Of a stretch of DNA of 64,000 bases, positions 1 to 8,452 are shown in pieces; position 1 is the first letter of the stretch; each line of letters starts with the position of its first letter. The DNA comes from an uncultured Acidobacteriota bacterium. GTDB lineage: Bacteria > Acidobacteriota > Terriglobia > Acidiferrales > UBA7541. Made by a program: the position numbers and the translations under genes. Location: contig CAWDNJ010000001.1 in assembly GCA_963803635.1 (NCBI GenBank), positions 344,668 to 408,667 on the forward strand, given 5' to 3'. Below the pieces are notes generated by a model. That model had not been told where the DNA came from. It saw only the letters and a list, made by a program, of their open reading frames with translations, and did no database searches.

Positions 1-269
1 CCTCTGAAATCCTTCCCGGTGCGGCAAACCATCGCTCCGCGGCCGTAGCTTGCGCCAACCACGAACGCCGCCTTGAGAACGGAGGGAAACACAATGACGC
101 ACTCGGCCTTTTCGATTACCTGCTGAGGTATGTTGTCGGGCACGTTCATGATTTCGTGCATCACGACGCCCGCATTGTGGAGCCGCTCTTGTTCTTTGTT
201 GTTTGCCGCAAAAAGTGGCGCCGTGGCAACCAGTCCCGCGCAGAGAAGAAGAAGTGATTTACGTATCAT
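1..269 (-). CDS. SYLF (YSC84-like/DUF500) domain protein, N-terminal part only (gene runs off the window start)
   Basis: Absent from the ORF track because there is no stop in the window. Reverse translation from ATG at 269-267 gives MIRKSLLLLCAGLVATAPLFAANNKEQERLHNAGVVMHEIMNVPDNIPQQVIEKAECVIVFPSVLKAAFVVGASYGRGAMVCRTGKDF. It has a signal peptide and a SYLF-like IP..V...A.CV.VFP...KA.F..G...G.G pattern. Confidence 0.7.
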   Translation of the reverse strand, partial: MIRKSLLLLCAGLVATAPLFAANNKEQERLHNAGVVMHEIMNVPDNIPQQVIEKAECVIVFPSVLKAAFVVGASYGRGAMVCRTGKDFR

Positions 270-436
270 CGCTGACCTCCATGATCAGAATTGCGGCTGC
301 GGATGTGTGGCCTCCGGAACCTTTGTGGGAGCGCTTGAAACCACCCCGTGAGTTGGGGAAAGCCGCCGAATGAAAATCATCTTTCGGCTACCCCCAACCG
401 AACACTTCCGTTGAGCTTCTTGCCTCGCGCCGGCAG

Positions 437-592
437 CTAGATTCGGCCGAGAAGCAGGAGAATGACGATTACGAATAGAATCAGTCCAACTCCTCCGGTC
501 GGTGCATAACCCCAACTTCGGCTGTGCGGCCATCTCGGGAGCACGCCCAGGAGCGCCATCACCAAAACCACGATCAAGATCGTTGCGATCAT
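437..592 (-). CDS. DUF3309-like small membrane protein (51 aa)
   Basis: Below the ORF-track length cutoff. ATG at 592, stop at 437-439. Product is MIATILIVVLVMALLGVLPRWPHSRSWGYAPTGGVGLILFVIVILLLLGRI, with two TM helices and the LPxWPxSRxWGY motif typical of DUF3309. GAGGAAAG lies upstream. Confidence 0.75.
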   Translation of the reverse strand: MIATILIVVLVMALLGVLPRWPHSRSWGYAPTGGVGLILFVIVILLLLGRI

Positions 593-721
593 TGTGCTTT
601 CCTCTCTTCGCCATTCGACAACCGAGGCCTGAATGCAGCTCTTGCCGCCTTCCCAGTACCTCCGGAGTGGCTCGACCCGCGTGCGTCGCAGTCACCCCGG
701 AGAGCGAGATGCGAAAGATGG

Positions 722-1432
722 CTAGAGCACTACGCTGATGGCAATCTGAGCGCCGGGATACGATGGGTTGCACAGGTAATACTCGCCGTTGATGTAATCG
801 ACGTAGACGTCGTCGGTGTAATACCAGTCCACCGGCCAGGGTTGAACGAATCCGAACCAATAGCCGCCGTACTGAAAGCGCGAATACCCGTCAACCAGCC
901 TTGGACTGCCGATGCGGAATTCGTGCCCACGGCCAAAATGGGAACGGAAGCGATCGTCAGGTATGCGACCTTCGCCTCGCGCGCTCAGCCGCAGTTCCGG
1001 CTGCGAGCGCTGTCTCTGCATTTCGACTGAGGTTCGCTGAACGTGCCCATTTCCGCCCGTGTTACCACGTTCTTCCTGGGTTACCGGCTTGGTCCGCGTC
1101 TCCGGTTTGGTAGCCTTGGCCTGTTCCTGGCGTTGCTCGGGCTTTGCTTGGCGTTGTTGCTTTACTGGCTTCGCCTGTTGCTCGTGCGCCGCCTTGCTCT
1201 GCGGTTCCTGCTTTGCGGATTTGGTTTCTTGTTTTGGTTCCTGGTTATTCGTCTTCGCCTGTTCCTGTTGTGCAGGCTTGGCCTGTCGCTCTTGCTTGGC
1301 GGGCTTGGCTTGTTCTTCGTGTTGCGCAGGCTTGGCGGCTTCGTCGTGGTGGTTGTCCTGCGCGAGGGCGGGAACAGCCGTCCCGAGAAGCAAAAACAGT
1401 GTTGCGGTGCTGATGATTCCAAGTACCTTCAT
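722..1432 (-). CDS. Secreted protein with K/Q/E/P-rich QAKP-type repeats and a Tyr/Trp-rich C-terminal domain
   Basis: The ORF is 722..1447. I prefer the ATG at 1432 (MKVLGIISTATLFLLLGTAVPALAQ signal peptide, GGAGG 8 nt upstream). The middle carries repeats (AKPAQHEEQAKPAKQERQAKPAQQEQAK...). The C-terminus is GYWFGFVQPWPVDWYYTDDVYVDYINGEYYLCNPSYPGAQIAISVVL. Confidence 0.75.
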   Translation of the reverse strand: MKVLGIISTATLFLLLGTAVPALAQDNHHDEAAKPAQHEEQAKPAKQERQAKPAQQEQAKTNNQEPKQETKSAKQEPQSKAAHEQQAKPVKQQRQAKPEQRQEQAKATKPETRTKPVTQEERGNTGGNGHVQRTSVEMQRQRSQPELRLSARGEGRIPDDRFRSHFGRGHEFRIGSPRLVDGYSRFQYGGYWFGFVQPWPVDWYYTDDVYVDYINGEYYLCNPSYPGAQIAISVVL

Positions 1433-1492
1433 GTGTGTTGCCTCCATTGCGGTAATTCTTGCGCCCTTCGCGCCAGTGTTATCGGACTTCGC

Positions 1493-1684
1493 TCAGGTCC
1501 CAACGTGCATGTGGGAGAGCGAATGAAAAAGCCCGAAAATATTGAGAAGCCATAAAACGGTGCAGATCACCACGACTGCATTCAGGATCGACTTGATCGT
1601 GCCCTGCATCGGTATGAAGCTGTTCACCAGCCAGAGCAGGACACCGATTACTACGAGAACCAGCAATATTTGAAGTAACGGCAT
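1493..1684 (-). CDS. Thivi_2564-like small membrane protein
   Basis: Internal ATG at 1684 of ORF 1493..1714. Product is MPLLQILLVLVVIGVLLWLVNSFIPMQGTIKSILNAVVVICTVLWLLNIFGLF, with two TM helices and a family-typical IKxILNAVVVI motif. Confidence 0.7.
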   Translation of the reverse strand: MPLLQILLVLVVIGVLLWLVNSFIPMQGTIKSILNAVVVICTVLWLLNIFGLFHSLSHMHVGT

Positions 1685-1965
1685 TTCTCTTTCCTTTTCT
1701 TCGCAGGGAGACACTCCGACCCGTCCCGGGGCGACGTATCGATTTCTGTTTTGGCCCGGAGAAACTGCTAGTGCCGGTTGGAGTGGGAAAGAACCTGCGA
1801 CATCCAGTGTTGTTCGAACCGAAGCTTTCGGGCTTGTTTCGCCCCAGTCTTGATTGCTTTACTCACAGGCAGCATCTTAGAGGACCTTACGATTGATATC
1901 TGTTCACTTGTGCACACATTCGCGCCCTGATTCGCGCGGCGTGTTACGATACAAACTTCAAAACC

Positions 1966-2643
1966 ATGGCAACCACGGCCCGAAATCGCCGGAAAACTGA
2001 TGCCAAACTGGCATTCAACGCCCAGGCGTTTCTCGACTCGGCGGGTGTGGCACGTAAGGTTGCGGAGTTCAAGAAAAAGGAAACGATTTTCTCGCAAGGC
2101 GACCATGGGAAGGAGGTCCTGTACATTCAAAAGGGTGGCGTCAGGCTGTCGGTCGTTAACGAAACTGGCAAAGAGGCTGTTGTAGGAGTGTTGGGCGCCA
2201 ATGACTTTTTCGGCGAGGGATGCCTTGCAGGCCAGTCGCTCCGGATCGGCACGGCGACGGCGATTGTGGCGACCACGGCTCTCGTGATCGAAAAGAAGGA
2301 AATGATTCGCGTCCTTCACTCCGAGCATGAGTTCTCCGACCGCTTCATCACCTACATGCTTTCGAGGAATATCCGGATCGAGGAGGATTTGGTCGATCAG
2401 CTGTTCAATTCGAGCGAGAAGCGGCTGGCCCGCACACTATTGCTGCTCGCCCAGTACGGCAGGGAAGATAAGCCCCAAAAGGTGCTCGCTAAAATATCGC
2501 AAGAGATGCTGGCCGAAATGGTGGGGACAACGCGTTCGCGCGTGAATTTCTTCATGAACAAATTCAGGAAACTCGGCTTCATCAAGTACAACGGCGAGAT
2601 TCACATTAACACCTCGCTCCTCAGCGTCGTCCTGCACGATTAA
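1966..2643 (+). CDS. Crp/Fnr family transcriptional regulator
   Basis: 225 aa. It has a cNMP-binding beta-roll (IFSQGDHGKEVLYIQKGGVRLSV...FFGEGCL) and a C-terminal HTH (SQEMLAEMVGTTRSRVNFFMNKFRKLGFI). Confidence 0.9.
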   Translation: MATTARNRRKTDAKLAFNAQAFLDSAGVARKVAEFKKKETIFSQGDHGKEVLYIQKGGVRLSVVNETGKEAVVGVLGANDFFGEGCLAGQSLRIGTATAIVATTALVIEKKEMIRVLHSEHEFSDRFITYMLSRNIRIEEDLVDQLFNSSEKRLARTLLLLAQYGREDKPQKVLAKISQEMLAEMVGTTRSRVNFFMNKFRKLGFIKYNGEIHINTSLLSVVLHD

Positions 2644-2797
2644 GTCCTGCAGCCCATGTTGACGCTCCAGACCGGCACCCGCCGTGCCTCAATTATCTCC
2701 TATCTGAACTCGAAGTTACGAAGACGAATCAGAACCGCCGAATCCCGATGTACAAGCCGCTTGCGGCACCCTAAAATATCCCTTTCCCAGGAGCCCA

Positions 2798-3814
2798 ATG
2801 AAACACAAGATCACATCAATTCCAGGTGACGGAATCGGACCCGAGGTTTCCCGCGCGGTGCGCGAAATCATCGCCGCGGCAGGCGTCGAAGTCGAATGGG
2901 AAGACACCGAGGCGAAAGGCGACATCCACGAACACGGCGCGGCGTCGATCCGCCACGCGGTCGTCGAGTCCATCCGCAAGAATCGCGTGGCGTTGAAAGG
3001 GCCTCTTGCCACGGCCGTCGCCAGCGGCCCACCGAGCATCAACGTCGCTCTGCGCAAGGCGCTCGACCTTTTCGCCAACGTGCGCCCGGTAAAGAATCTC
3101 GAGGGCGTTCCCTGCCGCTACCAAAACGTCGACTTGGTCCTGATCCGCGAGAATACCGAGGATTTGTACGCCGGGCTCGAGCACACCGTGGTGCCGGGCG
3201 TCGTCGAAAGCCTCAAGATCATCACGGAAAAAGCATCCTCGCGCGTCGCGCGCTACGCCTTCGAATATGCGCGGAAGCACGGCCGCAAAAAGATCCATGC
3301 CATCCACAAAGCGAACATCATGAAGCTTTCGGACGGTCTCTTCCTTTCGTCCGTGCGCGCGATCGCCGAGGAATATCCCGAAATTCAGTATAAGGAACTC
3401 ATCGTCGATAACGCCTGCATGCAGATGGTGCTCAACCCGTCGCAATTCGACATGCTGCTGCTCACCAATCTCTACGGCGACATCATGAGCGACCTCGCCG
3501 CGGGTCTCGTCGGCGGGCTGGGTGTGGTACCGAGTGGAAACATCGGGGCGGACTCGGCGATCTTCGAGGCTGTGCACGGCACCGCGCCGGACATCGCTGG
3601 CAAAGGCGTCGCCAATCCTACCGCCCTGCTGATGAGCGCCATCATGATGCTCGACCACATCGGCGAAACATCGGCCGCGCAGCGAATTGATGCAGCGCTG
3701 CACGAAGTCTATCGCGAAGGCCGCCCGCTCACGCGCGACGTCGGCGGCACGGCCACCACCGCGCAATTCACCGAAGCGGTGATCAACAAACTCGGGGTCG
3801 CCGTCCGCGCGTAG
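2798..3814 (+). CDS. Isocitrate/isopropylmalate dehydrogenase family, most likely NAD-dependent isocitrate dehydrogenase
   Basis: 338 aa. Motifs are IPGDGIGPEV, LKGPLATAVASGPPSINVALRKALDLFANVRP, IRENTEDLYAG and NLYGDIMSDLAAGLVGGLGVVPSGNIG, which resemble IDH3-type enzymes. Confidence 0.85.
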   Translation: MKHKITSIPGDGIGPEVSRAVREIIAAAGVEVEWEDTEAKGDIHEHGAASIRHAVVESIRKNRVALKGPLATAVASGPPSINVALRKALDLFANVRPVKNLEGVPCRYQNVDLVLIRENTEDLYAGLEHTVVPGVVESLKIITEKASSRVARYAFEYARKHGRKKIHAIHKANIMKLSDGLFLSSVRAIAEEYPEIQYKELIVDNACMQMVLNPSQFDMLLLTNLYGDIMSDLAAGLVGGLGVVPSGNIGADSAIFEAVHGTAPDIAGKGVANPTALLMSAIMMLDHIGETSAAQRIDAALHEVYREGRPLTRDVGGTATTAQFTEAVINKLGVAVRA

Positions 3815-3841
3815 TTTGGTCCTGGCCCGCAAACGCCAGAT

Positions 3842-3892
3842 CGTCATTCTGCTTGCCCTGACGAAGGAAGGGAGCGAAGCGAAGAATCTCTC
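3842..3892 (+). repeat. REP-like element, family A (cgtcattctg..gccctgacgaaggaagg..gcgaagcgaagaatctctc)
   Basis: The core recurs at 16811-16834 (inverted), 52496-52615 (tandem), 53870-53902 and 55961-56005 (inverted). All copies are intergenic. Confidence 0.8.
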
Positions 3893-3924
3893 TTTGGACG
3901 CCTCATGCGAGGATGCGCGCTTGG

Positions 3925-3960
3925 GTTTCTCTGCGCCCTCGGCGTCTCTGCGGTGAACCT
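3925..3960 (-). repeat. REP-like element, family B (cacagag/gcagag-rich), inverted copy
   Basis: The plus strand reads ggtttctctgcgccctcggcgtctctgcggtgaacc. It is the reverse orientation of the cagagacgcagag type seen at 57025-57058 and 34720-34735. Confidence 0.6.
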
Positions 3961-3988
3961 TGTTTTGAGTCGTATCGTCGTGGCCAGG

Positions 3989-4396
3989 TCAGTTCGCAGG
4001 CTCCATATGCAGCACCACGATGGTGTTGGTGCTGCTATCGAGCACGCCGGTGAGCTTCACCTTCTGCCCGGCGTACTTCTCGGCGAGGACCTGATTGTCG
4101 AGCTTGTAGACCTTTTCTTTCACTGATAGCACGAACACGCCGCCCATGTATTTCACGCAGTAGCGCGCGCACTCGGCCGGGGTAGTGCCGATGTTTTTCT
4201 TCTTCAGCATCTCCTCGTGCGAGCGGCTGAGCGAATGCACGTTGAGCGCGCACTGCGAGTCGGAGATATCGCCACTGAAAACCTGCACGCGCTCTCCGGC
4301 CATCATGCCGGCGCGGATCCCGGCCAGCAGGAGAATCACGCCCAACATTGTTGCGATCGTTGCGGCCACGAATCGAACCGAAGTCTTTCTGCTCAT
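3989..4396 (-). CDS. Hypothetical N-terminally anchored protein (135 aa), last gene of the porin/cytochrome/cupredoxin operon
   Basis: AAGGGGAG lies upstream of the ATG at 4396. It has a TM anchor (VRFVAATIATMLGVILLLAGI) and Cys/His-containing segments (SQCALNVHSLSRSHEEM, ECARYCVKYM). The gap to the upstream gene is 31 nt. Confidence 0.7.
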   Translation of the reverse strand: MSRKTSVRFVAATIATMLGVILLLAGIRAGMMAGERVQVFSGDISDSQCALNVHSLSRSHEEMLKKKNIGTTPAECARYCVKYMGGVFVLSVKEKVYKLDNQVLAEKYAGQKVKLTGVLDSSTNTIVVLHMEPAN

Positions 4397-4427
4397 CTTT
4401 CACTCCCCTTGTTTGTATTCCAATAGA

Positions 4428-4874
4428 TCACGGTACGACCACGAACCGCATGTGCATCCCGTCATGATCGTCGCTGCAAATCACGGTGCAGACCACCACG
4501 TATTCGCCAGGTTCGGCCGGCGCCGTCACCGGTAAATCCTGAACTCCCGGCTTCAGCAAGAAATCCCAGCCCGGAACCCTCGAACGATCCTTCGCATGCA
4601 GGAGCGCGAAGCCGTGAATCGAGCCGTCACGGTTGCGATTCTTCGCTTTCCGTGCGGTGATTCGCAGTAAAAGAACCTCGCCCGCATGCGCCGTAATCGT
4701 GGGACTCTCCTGTCCGTCGATCCGGAACCGGCTGTCGTGATCGGCCACGATCTCGATCACGCGCGGTGTGTCTGGCTCCGCCCGGCGCGCCGCGAGCACC
4801 AGCGACAATGCCGCGGCCGTCATCCCGCCTAGCAGCAGCGCCCGGCTCATCGCAGAATCTCTCGAACCATGCAT
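4428..4874 (-). CDS. Cupredoxin-fold protein with CuA-type (Cx3Cx3Hx2M) metal-site spacing
   Basis: 148 aa with an N-terminal signal/anchor (SRALLLGGMTAAALSLVLAARRA). The C-terminal CTVICSDDHDGM has the same spacing as the CuA site of COX2 (CSEICGANHSFM). Upstream His residues sit in SIHGFALLHAK. GGGAGAGG is 8 nt before the ATG at 4874, and an alternative ATG lies at 4850. Confidence 0.8.
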   Translation of the reverse strand: MHGSRDSAMSRALLLGGMTAAALSLVLAARRAEPDTPRVIEIVADHDSRFRIDGQESPTITAHAGEVLLLRITARKAKNRNRDGSIHGFALLHAKDRSRVPGWDFLLKPGVQDLPVTAPAEPGEYVVVCTVICSDDHDGMHMRFVVVP

Positions 4875-4895
4875 CGAAGAATCCTCTCCCGGATG

Positions 4896-5264
4896 TTATT
4901 GCGTCATGTAATGCAGGATCACGCGCATGTCTTCGTCGGTGATCGTCGCGCGCACCCGCATGTGACGTATAGCCGTGGCCATCATGCGCGGCGGCAGCTT
5001 GTGCGGAGCCTGATGGCAGCGCCCGCAATTGTCATGGAATCGTTTTTCGCCTTCGAGCCGCAGCGCATCTTCGTCCTCTTGCCTTGACGGAGTGGGCTGC
5101 GCCACAGCTGTCTTGCTCGCTGTGGCCGATGCGGGCACGGGATCGTTATTGCTCGCAACTTTTGTTTCCTGGCCGGTCCCCTGCTGCGCCGCGACCATCC
5201 CAGGAATGGCTATGACTCCGCCCACCAGCATGAAAGTCGCAAACGCGAGAAGCCGCGTCTTCAT
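4896..5264 (-). CDS. Monoheme c-type cytochrome (122 aa, secreted)
   Basis: It has a signal peptide (MKTRLLAFATFMLVGGVIAIPGMVAAQQ), a single CGRCH heme-binding motif, and downstream Met candidates (PPRMMATAIRHM). Its ATG overlaps the stop of the upstream barrel gene (ATGA at 5261-5264). Confidence 0.85.
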   Translation of the reverse strand: MKTRLLAFATFMLVGGVIAIPGMVAAQQGTGQETKVASNNDPVPASATASKTAVAQPTPSRQEDEDALRLEGEKRFHDNCGRCHQAPHKLPPRMMATAIRHMRVRATITDEDMRVILHYMTQ

Positions 5265-6382
5265 TGAATGTCTCCGTGCCCCACGGGGAGCGCCAGCCGG
5301 TACGTCACGCCGACGTTCCAGACGTTCATGTTCCCGCCTTGCGGCGCAAACTGCCTGCCGTAGCTGCTCACCAGCCGGAAATCGTCGCGGAAATAGTAGT
5401 TCACGCCAAATTCGAACATGTTCGTGTTCACGGATGGCAGGACTCCGTTCGGCACTTTGCCGACATAGAATTGCTGCATCCGCCCTACCACCTGCACGTG
5501 CCGCAATTCGTGCTGCCAGACCGGCGCCTGGCTCAACCGGTACGCCGACTCCACCCAGTAGCCGCTGCCGGTGTCCGAGCGCGCGTATTCGGCGCGAAGA
5601 TCGAAAGGAATCGGAGGGGGCTGCCAGGCGAAGTGGAATCCGAATGCGTTGGAGTGGTCGTCCTGCAGGAGGTGCTGATACGATCCGCCCACTTCGAGCC
5701 GCGGCCCCGGCAGATAGATGCCTGCGCGCGCGCCGAGCTCGCGCTCGGAATCCAGAGGCGTGTCTGTGCTCAACGTCGAAAAATAGGTCGCGTAGTTGAC
5801 TTCTACTTTAGGCGCGATGTTGAAGCCCCCGCGCACCATGGCGCCCGTCCCGGCGCCGCTCGGCCCGGTCGAAATCGGCAGGATCAGCGGATCGGTCTGC
5901 AGATTGCGGATCCAGACGGGATATAGCCGCTCGTTAAAGATTCCAAAGGGCGTGAGGAATCGCCCCACGGTCACGGTCATATGCGAATTGACGATGTAAT
6001 CCAGCTGCAGGTAGTCGACTTCCTTTTGCAGGTAGCCTTTGTAGCCGCTCTCGCCCGGCACCGGAGCCATGTTGATTTCAAACGTGTCGCGCGATTCGAT
6101 CAGCCAGTTTTGCCCCAACGGAATCAAAACCACGGGCGACACCAGCGGGTGCACATTCGGCGTGCCGCCTTGGAAGAACGTGTTGTACGCCAAGCCCGCC
6201 GAGAAGACGGGGACGGGGCTGATCGACTGCGAATCCGCAAGCGCAGCATCGATTTGTGCCTCGGTGTCGGATTGCGCTTGTGCGTCCGACTGCGCCTGCG
6301 TTTCGGCTTGTGACTGCGCCAAGAGACTGGGCGCGAGGCAAAGCGCGATCAGCGCCGGAACGAACAGGGGCCATGCTCGCAT
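5261..6382 (-). CDS. Outer-membrane beta-barrel (porin-like) protein
   Basis: The ORF is 5261..6448. I prefer the ATG at 6382 (MRAWPLFVPALIALCLAPSLLAQSQ signal peptide). The sequence shows an alternating amphipathic beta-strand pattern throughout with aromatic girdle residues, for example FEFGVNYYFRDDFRLVSSYGRQF and NVGVTYRL. Confidence 0.75.
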   Translation of the reverse strand: MRAWPLFVPALIALCLAPSLLAQSQAETQAQSDAQAQSDTEAQIDAALADSQSISPVPVFSAGLAYNTFFQGGTPNVHPLVSPVVLIPLGQNWLIESRDTFEINMAPVPGESGYKGYLQKEVDYLQLDYIVNSHMTVTVGRFLTPFGIFNERLYPVWIRNLQTDPLILPISTGPSGAGTGAMVRGGFNIAPKVEVNYATYFSTLSTDTPLDSERELGARAGIYLPGPRLEVGGSYQHLLQDDHSNAFGFHFAWQPPPIPFDLRAEYARSDTGSGYWVESAYRLSQAPVWQHELRHVQVVGRMQQFYVGKVPNGVLPSVNTNMFEFGVNYYFRDDFRLVSSYGRQFAPQGGNMNVWNVGVTYRLALPVGHGDIQ

Positions 6383-6738
6383 GGGACGCGGCGTGTGGCG
6401 CTCCGCTGGAGCTAGCGGGCCTACTGAGATGGAAGACAACTCAAGCATTTGCGCCTATCCCACCGAACGTTGGAATGCCTGCCTACCGTACCCCGGGAGT
6501 GTTGCTGAGTCTCAAGTTAGGGGAGGCACACGACGAGGTCAACTTCACGAAGCGCATGCCCGCTCGTTGCCGCTATTAGCAGGTAGTGAACAATGAGTAC
6601 TAGTGTCAGGGATGAAATAGCGCTGTACCGTTGGCCAGTATGCAGTTCGCGACCGGTGCGGGCCGAATCCGAGGCCGTCGCGGTGCCCCTGCTAGACTTT
6701 TCGTAGCCCGAAAGGGCCGTTCGCGGAGGGAGGACCTC

Positions 6739-7431
6739 ATGGCGAATGCGTCGGACGCCAAACGCATTTATCAGGTTTTCAGCTGGGCATGTCTCGGAGT
6801 GATTGTTCTGATCGTGATCCTGGTGCTGCACAAATCGCCCGCGCCGAATGTGCTCTACGATCCCGCCGCAGCGGCGCGCGCCCAGCAGAAATTCGCTGCC
6901 GCCGACCAAGCTACGGCTGCCGGGCAGCCAGCGAAGGTCTCGATCGATCGCACCGAGCTCAATTCGTATTTGCAGCAGAACCTGCAGGTGCAGGGATCAT
7001 CGCCTGCAAGCTCCCCGGCAACCTCTTCCGCAGCAGCTCCGGATGCTTCCGATGGCGCACCGGGCGATGGCGCTGCGTCCAGCGATCCGATGGCCGATGT
7101 GGGTCAAATGACGCAGGCGCAAGTCGCCTCCGCCGTCAAGGACGTGAAAGTCGACATGGACGGCGACCTCATCAAAGCACACATCATCTTCAATCTTCAC
7201 GGGCAGGACTTGTCGCTCGATCTCGATGGCCATCTCGTCAGCGAAAACGGCTACCTGAAATTCGAGCCAGTCGCCGGGAAACTCGGTTCTCTGCCCTTGC
7301 CGCAATCGGTCCTAGACGCGGCGGTCGACAAGCTGATGTCGTCGCCCGACAACCGCGACAAGATGAAGCTCCCCGACGACATCAACGACATCCAGATCCA
7401 GAACGGCCAAGCCGTCGTCTCCTACAAATGA
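6739..7431 (+). CDS. Hypothetical N-terminally anchored protein
   Basis: Internal ATG at 6739 preceded by GGAGGGAGGA. It has a TM anchor (VFSWACLGVIVLIVILVLH), a Ser/Ala/Pro-rich linker, then a beta-rich C-terminal domain. Confidence 0.7.
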   Translation: MANASDAKRIYQVFSWACLGVIVLIVILVLHKSPAPNVLYDPAAAARAQQKFAAADQATAAGQPAKVSIDRTELNSYLQQNLQVQGSSPASSPATSSAAAPDASDGAPGDGAASSDPMADVGQMTQAQVASAVKDVKVDMDGDLIKAHIIFNLHGQDLSLDLDGHLVSENGYLKFEPVAGKLGSLPLPQSVLDAAVDKLMSSPDNRDKMKLPDDINDIQIQNGQAVVSYK

Positions 7432-7663
7432 GGGGGCGTGTGCCTCTTGCCTCGGACGTTGCAGTGCATACACAGTTCGCGGCCGTGCGCCCACCTCATC
7501 CGCGCCGAATCTCTTAGCGAATTCTCGCCAATCCTCGAAAATTGCGCCTCACCCATCGCCGATTGCCGCAACGCGCGTCTGGAACCCCGCATGCCTTGTG
7601 TGCGCTTGGCTGCGAATTTGGCGGCATTTCACGCGCTGCGAAACAGACGGAAAAGGAGCCAAC

Positions 7664-8437
7664 ATGGATGACGCGAATCGAACGAACCGGACCGAAGCAG
7701 CGCTGGCCGGATCGCTGCTGGCCGTCGGGCTTATCGTCGGAGGCTGGGTCCTGGGAGCGCAGATCAAAGCTACACGGCTTGGCGACCGCTACGTCTCGGT
7801 GCGCGGTTTGGCCGAGCGCACCGTGAAGGCCGACCTCGCCATTTGGCCGATCGATTACAAGGAAGCCGGGAACGATCTGCCATCGCTCTATTCAAAGGCG
7901 GAGACCGACAAGAAGATCATCCTGCAATTTCTCAATCAAGAAGGCATTCAATCCTCCGAAATCGCGGTCGGCATGGCCGGCGTCACCGACAACCAAGCGA
8001 ACGAGTACGGCGGCAACCGTCATGCCCCGTACCGTTACATCGTCGAACAGGAAATCAGCGTCCAGACGCCGCGCGTCGATCAGGTCGCGGCCGCCGCGCA
8101 GAAGTCCATCAACCTCGTGCAGCAAGGCATCGTTCTGACGACCAACTCCAACGGAGGGATCGCCTACAAGTTCAATGGATTGAACTTGATCAAACCCGAC
8201 ATGATCACGGAAGCCACGCGAAACGCCCGAGCGGCGGCTGAAAGATTCGCGCTCGACGCCGGGAGTTCGGTCGGCACGATCCGGCAGGCGAATCAAGGGG
8301 TCTTTTCGATTCTCGCGGCAAACTCTGGCGTCCCGGCCGATTCGGGCGACGGTGGCGGTTTTGGCTCAAACGCCGATGGCAGTCTGATGAAAACGGTGCG
8401 GGTCGTAACGGACGTCCAGTATTACTTAGGAAAGTGA
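7664..8437 (+). CDS. SIMPL (DUF541) domain protein
   Basis: ATG at 7664 preceded by AAGGAG. It has a TM anchor followed by RYVSVRGLAERTVKADLAIWPI...YRYIVEQEISVQT...GSLMKTVRVVTDVQYYL, which matches the SIMPL layout. Confidence 0.75.
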   Translation: MDDANRTNRTEAALAGSLLAVGLIVGGWVLGAQIKATRLGDRYVSVRGLAERTVKADLAIWPIDYKEAGNDLPSLYSKAETDKKIILQFLNQEGIQSSEIAVGMAGVTDNQANEYGGNRHAPYRYIVEQEISVQTPRVDQVAAAAQKSINLVQQGIVLTTNSNGGIAYKFNGLNLIKPDMITEATRNARAAAERFALDAGSSVGTIRQANQGVFSILAANSGVPADSGDGGGFGSNADGSLMKTVRVVTDVQYYLGK

Positions 8438-8452
8438 CGACCGACGACGTCG

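Noticed and set aside
285-860. A 191-aa minus-strand ORF spanning the first intergenic region.
   Set aside because: It overlaps the well-supported DUF3309 small gene in another frame and the 3-prime end of the 722..1432 gene. Its composition is Arg-rich and shadow-like.
1901-1916. CRP-like site TGTTCACTTGTGCACA about 50 nt upstream of the Crp/Fnr gene.
   Set aside because: It matches only 3/5 and 4/5 of the TGTGA-N6-TCACA half-sites. A Fnr-type TTGAT-N4-ATCAA is not present either. The match is compatible with chance.
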